64,000 bases of DNA from contig CP084166.1 in NCBI GenBank assembly GCA_021513695.1, forward strand, positions 608,001-672,000. Direction: 5' to 3'. Shown piece by piece: positions 16,102-25,493 of this stretch; positions within the stretch are counted from its first letter, which is position 1, and each line of letters opens with the position of its first letter. Origin of the DNA: Candidatus Heimdallarchaeum aukensis. Lineage in GTDB: Archaea; Asgardarchaeota; Heimdallarchaeia; Heimdallarchaeales; Heimdallarchaeaceae. The translations under genes and the position numbers were made by a program. Under the pieces are notes generated by a model, which ran no database searches, was not told where the DNA came from, and saw only the letters and a list, made by a program, of their open reading frames with translations.

Positions 16102-18084
16102 TTAGGAAACTAAAGGTCTAACTTGATACTTTAGTCCTATAATTTTCATTATATCTACTGCATCTTCAATGGTGTTTGCTGATACTTCTAGTTCTTCAAT
16201 TATTTGATCTATATAGAGTATTTCTACTGTACTCATCTTTTCTGTCTCTGGAAGAAGTTTTTCTAGAGCTTTATGATTATTTATGTCTAATTCATGTTCT
16301 ATAGCATGTACATCGTTAAATATTGGATGAGAAGCAAGTGGTTGAATGCATACTACTTCTAATACTTCTACTGCTTTGTCGATCAAGTCGCATAGTAAAT
16401 CACACTCTTTTCTCAAGTATTGGGCAAAATAATCTTCTATTTTCTCTCTTGGAATATAGAGTATTTTCCTTAGAGAGCGTAAGATGTAACCTATCGCTTT
16501 ATCGAGTGTTGTTGTAAGTTTGTAAAAGTGGTAGTCATCTGGAGCAGGTCTAACACTGCTGTACATTACTTGAGTAACCTTAAATACAAGATCATCTGCA
16601 CGCCTTTCTTCTTCTTTTGCTTCCCTCATAAGTTTAATGGCTTGTTCTTTATCGCCATCCAAATATTTCTTAAATGACTGAGCTAGTAAATGAATTGTTT
16701 TCTGTACTTTTTCTGCGTGTTTTATTGAATGAGAGGCTTGCACCCATCCTGGTCTTGTTTCTATTGCTAATATTAAGAATGATAAGCCAAGAATGATTAA
16801 TAGTATTCCACTTACTAAGAAAGGAAATTTGAAGACATTACTAACTACACTATTGCCTAGAAACTGTAATGATTCAAAATTTACTACTAGTCCTGCTAAA
16901 CCGAGTACAAGTAAAGGTCCAGTGAAGTAGCCTGAATCTAAAGATGAGCGATAAACACCTATACTTTTTTCTCTTTTTATTATAGGAACAACATCCTTTG
17001 TTATACTTGGAAGAGAAGGATAATACAGAGAAGTACCTAGTCCAGCAAGCAAAGTTAATAATACTACAACTCCAAAAACATCAGTGAATATAATCAGTAT
17101 AATACTAGATCCAGCAAGAATAAATCCAAGTATCATAGGTGTTTTTCTTCCAATTCTATCGCTTAATTTACCCGTGAAAGGCATACTTATTGACCAAGCT
17201 AAAGTGAAAACTGAGGTGGCTATACCAATTTGTACATTAGAAAAACCGTAAACAGTTGATAATAGGAGCGGAAAAATCAAAACTAGAATACTATCTGTTA
17301 TTCTAGAAATGTGTCCTCCCAAATTTGCTAAGATTAGTGTTGGAACTCTAAAAATATTTTTTGTACTCCATCTACTTTCCACTTTTGTTGCATCCAACAG
17401 TACTGAATCTTTTGTTCCTGCAACCAGATCTGTAGTTTCTACATTCTTAATAAATACAAAACCAAAAGCTAGAGCTGTTCCTGCAATTATTAAAGCAAAG
17501 ATGAAAGTTTCAGCAAAACCTAAGTTATTTGCTATCACACCTGCTAAGAATGAACCTAAACTTGAGCCTAAGTACACTGAAAATTCCATTGAACCCACTG
17601 AAAAAGCTGCTCCTTCGTAACCTGCAATATCAGTGAGTGCTGACATAGTCGAAGTAAAGAGTAAACCTAATCCCCCTCCGATGAAAGCGTTACCTAAAGG
17701 TAAAGCCCATAAGTTTCTTGAAAATGCTAAAGCGAATGAACCACAAAGAAGCAATATTAGTCCTATTCTAATAGTCCATTTTCGTTGATATTTGTCACTA
17801 ATAGATGAGCTAAAGAATCCTGCTATACCTTTAAATAGCCCATAAGCTATTACAGCAGAAGATATTTGGAGAAAAACTATGAAACTTTTTTGGAAATTTT
17901 CTTTTGATTCAAAGAGAGGAAAATCGGTAAATGATTCACCAAAGAGAGAAAGAGAGGTTCTTTGAACACCATAAGCTATACCTGCAAAAAGTAGTACAGT
18001 AATTATTGGTCCCCACTTGGAGATAGACTTTAAAAATGAGAAACTTTCCAGCTTTTTTTCTTTCATTTCCATACAATTATTCAA
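16102..18084 (-). CDS. MFS transporter fused to a C-terminal PhoU_div/DUF47-like helical domain
   Basis: Twelve-TM-like profile with MFS motif A in both halves (SDKYQRKWTIRIG, LSDRIGRKTPMILG). The C-terminal ~210 aa are soluble and helical: KLMREAKEEERRADDLVFKVTQVMYSSVRPAPDDYHFYKLTTTLDKAIGYI, resembling the DUF47 pattern E-x-E-x-x-AD...P-x-D-x-x...L-x-x-x-LD-x-I. Confidence 0.75.
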   Translation of the reverse strand: MNNCMEMKEKKLESFSFLKSISKWGPIITVLLFAGIAYGVQRTSLSLFGESFTDFPLFESKENFQKSFIVFLQISSAVIAYGLFKGIAGFFSSSISDKYQRKWTIRIGLILLLCGSFALAFSRNLWALPLGNAFIGGGLGLLFTSTMSALTDIAGYEGAAFSVGSMEFSVYLGSSLGSFLAGVIANNLGFAETFIFALIIAGTALAFGFVFIKNVETTDLVAGTKDSVLLDATKVESRWSTKNIFRVPTLILANLGGHISRITDSILVLIFPLLLSTVYGFSNVQIGIATSVFTLAWSISMPFTGKLSDRIGRKTPMILGFILAGSSIILIIFTDVFGVVVLLTLLAGLGTSLYYPSLPSITKDVVPIIKREKSIGVYRSSLDSGYFTGPLLVLGLAGLVVNFESLQFLGNSVVSNVFKFPFLVSGILLIILGLSFLILAIETRPGWVQASHSIKHAEKVQKTIHLLAQSFKKYLDGDKEQAIKLMREAKEEERRADDLVFKVTQVMYSSVRPAPDDYHFYKLTTTLDKAIGYILRSLRKILYIPREKIEDYFAQYLRKECDLLCDLIDKAVEVLEVVCIQPLASHPIFNDVHAIEHELDINNHKALEKLLPETEKMSTVEILYIDQIIEELEVSANTIEDAVDIMKIIGLKYQVRPLVS

Positions 18085-18179
18085 AAAAAATAAATAATAA
18101 AGGTTGTTATCTGAATAAAAAGAAAAATCAAAGAAAATGCAATAAATTTAAATTAAAAAATGAGTTTGCCAAATCGGAA

Positions 18180-19007
18180 ATGACGAGACAAAAAAAGAAA
18201 AAGGATTATTTTGTAAAGAAATTCTCTGTTAGCAGACAAATTTTAGCAGATTATAACGATGTCGCAGCTACTTTCCCCAGAGTAAGAGGACATTTAGAAT
18301 ACGACATTACAAATGCAAAGAAAAGAATAGAAGAGATAAAAAAAGTAGATAAGTACGACATTTCTTATACTGCTTGGATTGCAAAATGTATTAGTCGAGC
18401 AGTTAAAGAAGATTTAAGATTCAACTCCTATAGAAAAGGCAGAAAAATCATTGTCTTTGAAAAAATTGATATTAGTATAATCGTGGAAATTACAACTAAA
18501 GAAGGAAAGAAAGTGCCTTTTAACTATGTTATTAGAGATGTAGAGAGTAAAAGTGTAAAGGAGATAACAGAGGAAATACGTGCAGTTCAAAAGAGAAAAA
18601 TAGAAGAGACAGAACAGCTCACAAGAGATAACTCGAGTAAATTTTCTTCTCTTTACTTGCTTATTCCACGCTTTATAAGAAAAATGGTCATAAAATCAAT
18701 TTTGAAGAACCCATTTAAATTAAAGAAACTAATAGGTACAGTAGGTATAACTTCTCTTGGAATGTTCGTTCAAAACTTTGCAGGATGGGCTATTCCTTTT
18801 GCTGACAAAACCTTAAATGTAGCAGTTGGGGGAATGAAAAAAACTGTAGGTCTAGAAAATGGAGAATTAAAAGAAAAAACATTATTGTGTATAACCTTTT
18901 TAGTAGATCATAACCTTATAGATGGAGCGCCAATAGCTAGATTTGTTGCTAGAGTTGGTGATTTAATGAAAGAAGCAACTTTTCTTGAGGATATAAGCAA
19001 ACCTTAA
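18180..19007 (+). CDS. 2-oxoacid dehydrogenase acyltransferase (E2) catalytic-domain-only protein
   Basis: The C-terminal motif LVDHNLIDGAPIARF matches the E2/CAT-fold DHRxxDG active site. There is no lipoyl or E3-binding domain. I moved the start from the track's 18036 to the ATG at 18180 because 18036 would overlap the divergent MFS gene's start. Confidence 0.7.
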   Translation: MTRQKKKKDYFVKKFSVSRQILADYNDVAATFPRVRGHLEYDITNAKKRIEEIKKVDKYDISYTAWIAKCISRAVKEDLRFNSYRKGRKIIVFEKIDISIIVEITTKEGKKVPFNYVIRDVESKSVKEITEEIRAVQKRKIEETEQLTRDNSSKFSSLYLLIPRFIRKMVIKSILKNPFKLKKLIGTVGITSLGMFVQNFAGWAIPFADKTLNVAVGGMKKTVGLENGELKEKTLLCITFLVDHNLIDGAPIARFVARVGDLMKEATFLEDISKP

Positions 19008-19493
19008 TCACCTTCACAACTCTTTTTTTCGAAAATAACAAAACAAATTTTTTTTCTCAATTTCTGAAATTAGCAATCTATACAAAAATTAAAAGAAAAA
19101 GTTATTAAAACAGAAATAAGGTTACAGGTTCTGATAGGAAAATAGAAAAAGACTCTACGTTATTGGAATATTTTCTGTTTAACAAAAATCTACTTTTGAA
19201 AAATAAAGTGTAGTTTTCAAGAAAAACAAAGAGAAGCCTTACAAGAGAACTTTGAATAAAGAACTTCTAAAAATTGTAATCAACTCAAAAAAATCTAATT
19301 CTTTTATTATTTTCTTCAATTTTTATCCTTTTTCTTCATATTCTTAGAGTATATCTCTTCTATCTTGTAAACAATTTTCTTAAAATCTAAGAATTCTATC
19401 TTTCTATTTTAACCATAAGTATTTGTAAAAAAGAAACTTTAATATAAGGATTACCAGATAGAGTAACAGTAACAAACTTGTTAGTGGAGCAGA

Positions 19494-20171
19494 ATGAACA
19501 AACAATATGAAGATGTATTACATTTTAATCAGAAGCAAATATTGGTTCTAAATGAAAAACAAACAGAATTAATTCGTGACCCCCAATACTCTCCTATAAC
19601 AAGAGTTCTTCGTTCTGGTCCTTTAACAGTTCAAGAAATAACTGAAGAATATAACAAACTAATACTCATGAATTGCCAAATTGATAACGAAAATAATGGT
19701 AATTTTGAAAAATTAAAAAGATCAGAGAAATCTATCTATAGATATCTTCGAGATCTTGAGGAATCAGGATTAGTTACTGTAGCTGGTCAAAGAGTCATTT
19801 TTGGTCAAACAGCTACACAAAAGCTATGGTCGAGAACAGCAAAAATTTTTGTTTTTAAAACACAAACTGTTAATTTTTGGAAAACAGAAGAAGGTTTGAA
19901 ATACGCAGAGAAAATTAATGATTTACTGCATATTATTTTTGAAGATTATGACAAAGAGTGTAAATACACCCAGGAGTTATTAATTCGCTTAAATAAAATC
20001 GCTGAAGAATCAATTTTAAATATTTTTACAAAAAATCCCAAGAAAATTGATGAAATAATTGGGGGGTGTGATTTCGAAGATCTAAATCACATTCTTAAAG
20101 AACTTCATCTTTTAATTTTATTACTAAAAAAGGATGAAGTTGAAGCTTTACTACAAAGTTGTTTTGACTAA
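19494..20171 (+). CDS. Winged-helix (ArsR/PadR-like) DNA-binding protein
   Basis: PITRVLRSGPLTVQEITEEYN ... SIYRYLRDLEESGLVTVAGQR is a classic wHTH (H2-turn-H3 plus wing). Confidence 0.6.
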   Translation: MNKQYEDVLHFNQKQILVLNEKQTELIRDPQYSPITRVLRSGPLTVQEITEEYNKLILMNCQIDNENNGNFEKLKRSEKSIYRYLRDLEESGLVTVAGQRVIFGQTATQKLWSRTAKIFVFKTQTVNFWKTEEGLKYAEKINDLLHIIFEDYDKECKYTQELLIRLNKIAEESILNIFTKNPKKIDEIIGGCDFEDLNHILKELHLLILLLKKDEVEALLQSCFD

Positions 20172-20182
20172 TTTGAATTTAT

Positions 20183-22399
20183 TTACCCTAATACTAGTTC
20201 TTTTTCTGGTTTTGACTTCTGTTTAGTCTTTTTTGTATCTATTGTTTTTTTCTCTATTTCTGTATCTTTTTTCTTAACTATATCATCTTTCTGTTGATCT
20301 AGGGATGTTTCTACTTTCTCTTTCTTTTCTTTAATATACTTAGCTTCTTCTACACTTACTTCTTCTGTCTCTTTTGTATCATTTTGTTGTTTTTTCTCTT
20401 TGATTTCTTCTTTAGAAGGAACAACTTTTTTTGAAATCCTCTCTTTTCTAGTATCTTTTGCTTCTTGTCTCGTTTCTTTTTTTACCTTTGTCATTATTTT
20501 AGGTTCTGACTTTTGTTCTTTCTCTTTTTCTAGTTCTTCAACTATTTTAATTTGCATTTCTTTTTTGACTCTTTCATATAAATTGACTGACCAAGGTAAA
20601 TTCTCTTGAATTGAAATATTAGAGAGAGAACGAAGAATCTCTATAACAAATTTTTTCTGTGTTTCCTTGTTACTTGAAAGCTTGTTATATGCATTTGACA
20701 AAATAGAATAAACTTTTTCTTCCTCAGTGTAAAGAAACAACATATTTCTGATTACTGTTGAAAGATCTCTATTTTTCTCAAATTGGAAAATGTTCTTGCA
20801 TATTATATCTTCAAATACTTTTTTAAGGGTAGAATCATTTTTTTCTACTGTTTTTAGATCAAAACAAGTTTGAATACTTTCAATAGTTAAGTTTTGTAAA
20901 GAGTTAGAAATGAAACCCTTTTTTTGATTTAATGTTGTGATTACTCCATTTAGGAAGTTTGTGCTCAAGGTTTCTGCGCAAATAGATAACAGTTCATTTT
21001 TTTGATTAGTAAAAACTAATTCACTCTTTAGATTTTGTAAAATGACTACAACTTCTTCTACATCAAAGTCTCCTGAAATCTTGTTTTTTATTGATTCCTC
21101 TGAAAAGAATACTGAATAATAATAGAATTTTTCACTTAACTCTGATAACGTAGGATCTTTACTTTTATTCATATCTTTTATATTCATTGAAAGTGCAACT
21201 AACAACCCTCGAATAATTTTTTCAAAATCTCTTTTTTCTTCTTCTTTTGAAACTTGGAGTTTAAATAACATTATAATTAGTTTATTGATTTGTAAAAGAA
21301 CTAGTTCTTTTTCTTTTAATGTTAAATCTGATAACTCGGTATCTATTGCAATTACTGATTTATCTAATAAAAAGTTTAGATTTTCTCTTGTCTTTGAATT
21401 AAGTTTGCTTTCTTTACCTAAAGCATGAAAATAAGCAAAAGTGCTAATAGCAAATAAATTAATTCTCTCTTCTAGTCTATTTAAAAAAACTTCAAAGTTT
21501 CTAACTATTTTATCTAATTTTTCTTCAGGTTTATCTTGCTGCTCTAAACCTATTTTAAAGCTATTTAGGTAGTCTATTGAACATTTTGAAGAAAAGATGT
21601 ACAATATTGTTGGATAAAAAGTTAGATATTCAAGGAGCTCTTTCTTAATCAAATTAATGTCAAAGAAATAGTTAGATGCTCCCATTAAAAGTGCAAAATC
21701 AGTAAGAAATTGTGCTTTCTCAATAGGTAAAAATTTTAACAAATCGTTTTCTAAATACTCAAATCGAATGAGTTTTCTTCCGCAAGAAGGGCAAGACTCT
21801 TCATTAACTATTTTTTGTCCACATATTGAGCATAAAACAGTCTTTTTTCTTATTTGTATTCCACATTGATTACAATAATTGCTGTCAGGGTGATTAGAAG
21901 AATCACAGTTTAAACATTTAACAACCTTAAAAGAAGGTTTTTCTTTTCTTTCAAAGTATTCTTCTTTTTGTTCTTGTTCGATACTTGTCTCTTTCTGGTG
22001 AATGTCAAATTTTAAACCACAATATTTACAAAAACGAGCGTTTGGAGGATTAACAGTTTGACAGTTTGAACAAATCAAAATGTTTGGTTCACTTTTTTTC
22101 TCTGTAAATCTTGCACCACATTGGGTACAAAATTTTGCATCAATTTTTTGCATAGATCTACAAAAAGGACAAGCTTTTGTCTGTGAGCTACTTTTATTTT
22201 TCTTGTTTCTTTCATTAGCAAAGTTGTATCCACATTTAGAACAAAACAGAGCTTCATTTCGAACATATTTCTGACAAACAGGACATTGTTTAAGAAGTGT
22301 ATATTCAGTAGGAGTATCGATTTTATTTCCACAGTGAGTACAATAAGAAACTTCTTTTTTATTCAGAAGACCACATCTATTGCACATCTTTTGTATCAT
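20183..22399 (-). CDS. Protein with six N-terminal zinc ribbons, a long helical body and a K/E-rich tail
   Basis: There are six CxxC-x(9-14)-CxxC units in residues 6-208: CNRC..CTHC, CPVC..CSKC, CPFC..CTQC, CSNC..CKYC, CLNC..CNQC, CSIC..CPSC. The C-terminal ~125 aa are dominated by K/E. Confidence 0.8.
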   Translation of the reverse strand: MIQKMCNRCGLLNKKEVSYCTHCGNKIDTPTEYTLLKQCPVCQKYVRNEALFCSKCGYNFANERNKKNKSSSQTKACPFCRSMQKIDAKFCTQCGARFTEKKSEPNILICSNCQTVNPPNARFCKYCGLKFDIHQKETSIEQEQKEEYFERKEKPSFKVVKCLNCDSSNHPDSNYCNQCGIQIRKKTVLCSICGQKIVNEESCPSCGRKLIRFEYLENDLLKFLPIEKAQFLTDFALLMGASNYFFDINLIKKELLEYLTFYPTILYIFSSKCSIDYLNSFKIGLEQQDKPEEKLDKIVRNFEVFLNRLEERINLFAISTFAYFHALGKESKLNSKTRENLNFLLDKSVIAIDTELSDLTLKEKELVLLQINKLIIMLFKLQVSKEEEKRDFEKIIRGLLVALSMNIKDMNKSKDPTLSELSEKFYYYSVFFSEESIKNKISGDFDVEEVVVILQNLKSELVFTNQKNELLSICAETLSTNFLNGVITTLNQKKGFISNSLQNLTIESIQTCFDLKTVEKNDSTLKKVFEDIICKNIFQFEKNRDLSTVIRNMLFLYTEEEKVYSILSNAYNKLSSNKETQKKFVIEILRSLSNISIQENLPWSVNLYERVKKEMQIKIVEELEKEKEQKSEPKIMTKVKKETRQEAKDTRKERISKKVVPSKEEIKEKKQQNDTKETEEVSVEEAKYIKEKKEKVETSLDQQKDDIVKKKDTEIEKKTIDTKKTKQKSKPEKELVLG

Positions 22400-22542
22400 A
22401 GAACCCCAGCGCTAACTTCTATTTAGAAAGTACCATACAAGTATATATAACTAGTTTTTTAAGATTGGATTTAGAATTAGATTTATCACAATTTTTGTTG
22501 TACAATCACTTGTACAAACTATTAATCACGATGTACAAAGTC

Positions 22543-22554
22543 TTTATATAAATA
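22543..22554 (+). promoter_or_regulatory. Candidate archaeal TATA box for the gene starting at 22577
   Basis: tttatataaata is centred about 28 nt upstream of the ATG, which would imply a leaderless or very short-leader transcript. The AT-rich background weakens this call. Confidence 0.3.
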
Positions 22555-22576
22555 GAATGAAATTTCAAAGTAATAT

Positions 22577-24934
22577 ATGAAAAAACGAACGAACATTAAA
22601 AAAATAAATTTCATATTGTTCTTAATTTTTGTTCTTTTTGCAAGTTTTGCAATTGAACATGTTACAATAAAAGCTTCAGATAGCACCAACATAGGAAACC
22701 AGAAACATTTCGTTGATGACAACGCTGAGATCTTAATTATTTCAGATAATGATTTTGTTAAATATGGTTTTCCAGGGGATGGTTCTGTAGATAATCCATA
22801 TATTATCAGCAACCTAGATTTAAATACATCGAAAATGTTTGGTATATTTATTTCTAATGTAAGTTCATATTTTGTAATAGAAAACTGTTTTATTAGATCT
22901 TCTTATTACGGAATATCAGTTAGTGGTCTTGAAGAAAACAGAGCTACTATAAGAAACAATACCTTTTACAAAAGTATTGTAGCTGTTGAAATTAGCCATT
23001 CTCCAGGAATAACAATAATTAACAATAATTTCACTGAAAACAGAGATTATGGGATTTTTATTGAATATTCACCTGATTCCGTTTTGAACTCAAATTACTT
23101 TTTCAAGAATGGCGTGGGTTATTCCGGAAATGGTCTAATTATTAAAGAATCTGAAAATTCAACAATTACCAATAACTCTTTTGTTAGGGATGGTTTAGCT
23201 ATAGAGCCCTCAAATTTTGACATTAAATTGAGCTTATTTAATAATACAGTTAATAATAAACTAATTGGCTACTTCACTAAACAGAACAATATAGTAGTAG
23301 ATCAGTCTATTTATGGTCAAATACTTATCATTGAATGCTCAAATGTTTTTATTTCAAATCAAACGATTTCAGAAACTAATGTTGCTATTTCTGTTTATAA
23401 CTCAAATAGTATACTTATTTCAAATAATACTCTTATGAGCAATGATAAAGGGATTTTCTTATTTCAAACCTATGACTTTGCAATAGAGAGAAACTTTCTA
23501 GAAAATAATTCATTGAATGGATTAGAAATCAACGATTGTACTAAATTCAACATCGTAGATAATGAGATAATCAACAACAGGAAAGGGATTGAGTTATTTA
23601 TTGTCGATGGTTACTCAATTTCTAACATTAATAAGAACACAATTAAGGAGAATTTAGAAGAAGGACTTTCATTAAACACTGTAAATAATTTAAACATAAG
23701 CGAGAATTTCATATACAAAAATTTAGTAGGAATATATGCTTATTATTCTTCTAATGTCTATATAGTTGCTAATTCATTTGAAGTTAATTACCTTTATGCT
23801 ATAACTTTAATGGAAAGTGTAAACAACTTCTATATTTATTATAATCTCTTTGCAACCAATAATCTTGAAAACAAAAACGAATCCCAGTGTTTAGATAATG
23901 GAGTAAATAATCTATGGTACAATCCAGATACAGAAAAAGGAAATTATTGGACAGATCTTAATGACCAAAAGGTTTACTCAATAGGAGGTTCTGCAGGAAG
24001 TATTGATGCATATCCTATGGACCCATTTATAGTCGATTATCCTCCTTTATTTAATTGGCAACTTTACCTGATTCTTCCACTTACTTTAACAACCCTTTTA
24101 TCTGCAGGAGCTTATTTCTTGATCAAAAAAAGAGAAAGAAGAAATTCCAATCTTTCTGATTACAAGAAAGAGCTGAAAAAAGAGAAAGAGTGGGCTAGTG
24201 CTATTACAGAGAAAAAAGATAAAGTAGGTTCTCCAATTAGTAATCTAAACAAACAGATTAGAAAACATTTGGTAAAGAACTTTTCTAAATGGTTTATAGT
24301 AGGTTCAATTTCAGTACTTGTTATTAGCTCTGGATTTTTAGCTTACAAACTTTCGGTCTCTCCTGATAATACTAACCAAAACGGTGCAATGGTAAAATAT
24401 GCCCAAGCTCTTCAACAATCTATTCCTGAAGCTGTCTATATAGAGATTATAGGTAATGCTACATCGGCAATACATGAGAGTTTAATGGATGCACATATTT
24501 ATCGTATAAGCCCCTATCCAGATTTGACTTGGGAAGTTACAGCTAATATTCTCAAATTTGATGATGAAGGAAGAGCTTACCTTGAAGAAATTTCTTTCAC
24601 TCTCGACAGTTATGTAATTGATGAAATCGGACAAAATCTCTTCGAATCTCTCAACAACACCGTGATTTTAGGACATTACGGAGAAAAACCCTACAACGAT
24701 GAAGATACTTACAACATAAATATTAAATGGGGTTTAAGATTTTTCTTGGAAAATACTACAATAATTGAGTTGATTGTACTAGAGAATGGTCTTGTAGTAT
24801 ATGCAAAAGGCTACTGGGTAACTTTTTCTAATTATTCAACAAACATGATCGGAGCTTTAATTATTGGACCAGAATCTGCTTTTGACAATACTATTCGAAT
24901 TCTAAGAGAGATTTTTGAGGAAAATATAAATTAG
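22577..24934 (+). CDS. Secreted/membrane-anchored right-handed parallel beta-helix (PbH1/NosD-like) repeat protein
   Basis: N-terminal signal/anchor (INFILFLIFVLFASFAI). About 15 repeats of roughly 22 aa have N-x-[IF]-x-x-N and G-I-x-[IL] patterns (ISHSPGITIINNNFTENRDYGIFIEYS, etc.). There are many N-x-S/T sequons and two later TM segments that flank a basic loop. Confidence 0.8.
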   Translation: MKKRTNIKKINFILFLIFVLFASFAIEHVTIKASDSTNIGNQKHFVDDNAEILIISDNDFVKYGFPGDGSVDNPYIISNLDLNTSKMFGIFISNVSSYFVIENCFIRSSYYGISVSGLEENRATIRNNTFYKSIVAVEISHSPGITIINNNFTENRDYGIFIEYSPDSVLNSNYFFKNGVGYSGNGLIIKESENSTITNNSFVRDGLAIEPSNFDIKLSLFNNTVNNKLIGYFTKQNNIVVDQSIYGQILIIECSNVFISNQTISETNVAISVYNSNSILISNNTLMSNDKGIFLFQTYDFAIERNFLENNSLNGLEINDCTKFNIVDNEIINNRKGIELFIVDGYSISNINKNTIKENLEEGLSLNTVNNLNISENFIYKNLVGIYAYYSSNVYIVANSFEVNYLYAITLMESVNNFYIYYNLFATNNLENKNESQCLDNGVNNLWYNPDTEKGNYWTDLNDQKVYSIGGSAGSIDAYPMDPFIVDYPPLFNWQLYLILPLTLTTLLSAGAYFLIKKRERRNSNLSDYKKELKKEKEWASAITEKKDKVGSPISNLNKQIRKHLVKNFSKWFIVGSISVLVISSGFLAYKLSVSPDNTNQNGAMVKYAQALQQSIPEAVYIEIIGNATSAIHESLMDAHIYRISPYPDLTWEVTANILKFDDEGRAYLEEISFTLDSYVIDEIGQNLFESLNNTVILGHYGEKPYNDEDTYNINIKWGLRFFLENTTIIELIVLENGLVVYAKGYWVTFSNYSTNMIGALIIGPESAFDNTIRILREIFEENIN

Positions 24935-24946
24935 AAGGTGCGTATA

Positions 24947-25423
24947 ATGAATATTGTGGCAAAAGAGAAACAAGATATCATCGCTGAACTTAACGGAACA
25001 GCGCTACGTATTTTCCTTTTTCTTTTAAAAAACAATGAAATAGGAATACGAGACGCTCAAAGAAAATTAGGCCTTAAGAGTGCTAGCCATGTACAGTACC
25101 ATCTACAAAGATTTGAGCATTTAGGTATAGTGGAAAAGATGCCTAATAGCAGATATTGTCTTACAGAAAAATATTCTGAACTTCGAAGCATAAAACTAGG
25201 TCTTTTAACTGAAATATACATCTACAAAGGTGTTATAATTCCTTCTATTGGTTTTTTTTCTGGTGCTCTATTTACAACATTAATTATTTCTTTAATTTTT
25301 TACTTTCAAGTAAACAAGCTTTCAGGATTTCTAATTAGTATAATCGGAGTCTTTGCTACAGCAGTATATTTTCTAATCCAAGCTATTCAAATACTTAAAA
25401 ACTTTAGAGAGAATGAAAAATAA
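24947..25423 (+). CDS. Membrane-tethered winged-helix protein
   Basis: wHTH (ALRIFLFLLKNNEIGIRDAQRKLGLKSASHVQYHLQRFEHLGIVEK) followed by two TM helices. The ATG at 24947 is preferred; a GTG at 24938 is also possible. It lies immediately downstream of the beta-helix surface protein. Confidence 0.65.
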   Translation: MNIVAKEKQDIIAELNGTALRIFLFLLKNNEIGIRDAQRKLGLKSASHVQYHLQRFEHLGIVEKMPNSRYCLTEKYSELRSIKLGLLTEIYIYKGVIIPSIGFFSGALFTTLIISLIFYFQVNKLSGFLISIIGVFATAVYFLIQAIQILKNFRENEK

Positions 25424-25460
25424 CCACAATATTTGAATTGACCAAACGATAAAAAAATAC

Positions 25461-25490
25461 AAAAAAGAATGAGAAACTTTCTCTTTTTTT
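25461..25490. terminator. Putative bidirectional terminator between convergent genes
   Basis: aaaaaagaatGAGAAactTTCTCttttttt: a 5-bp stem (25471-25475 with 25479-25483) is flanked by an A-run on one side and a T7 run on the other. This gives an oligo-T signal on both strands. Confidence 0.35.
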
Positions 25491-25493
25491 GAA

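Noticed and set aside
18036-18179. Track start at 18036 for the E2-like ORF
   Set aside because: The first 48 codons overlap the divergent MFS gene's start and encode basic, low-complexity sequence. The ATG at 18180 gives a protein that begins where family similarity starts.
19008-19493. Unusually long (486 nt) non-coding spacer upstream of the wHTH gene, inspected for ncRNA, C/D-box sRNA or small ORFs
   Set aside because: I could not see a C box (RUGAUGA) / D box (CUGA) pair, a G+C-rich structured core, or a convincing small ORF. It stays unexplained but gives no positive evidence. A covariance-model scan (Rfam/Infernal) and RNA-seq would be the proper test.
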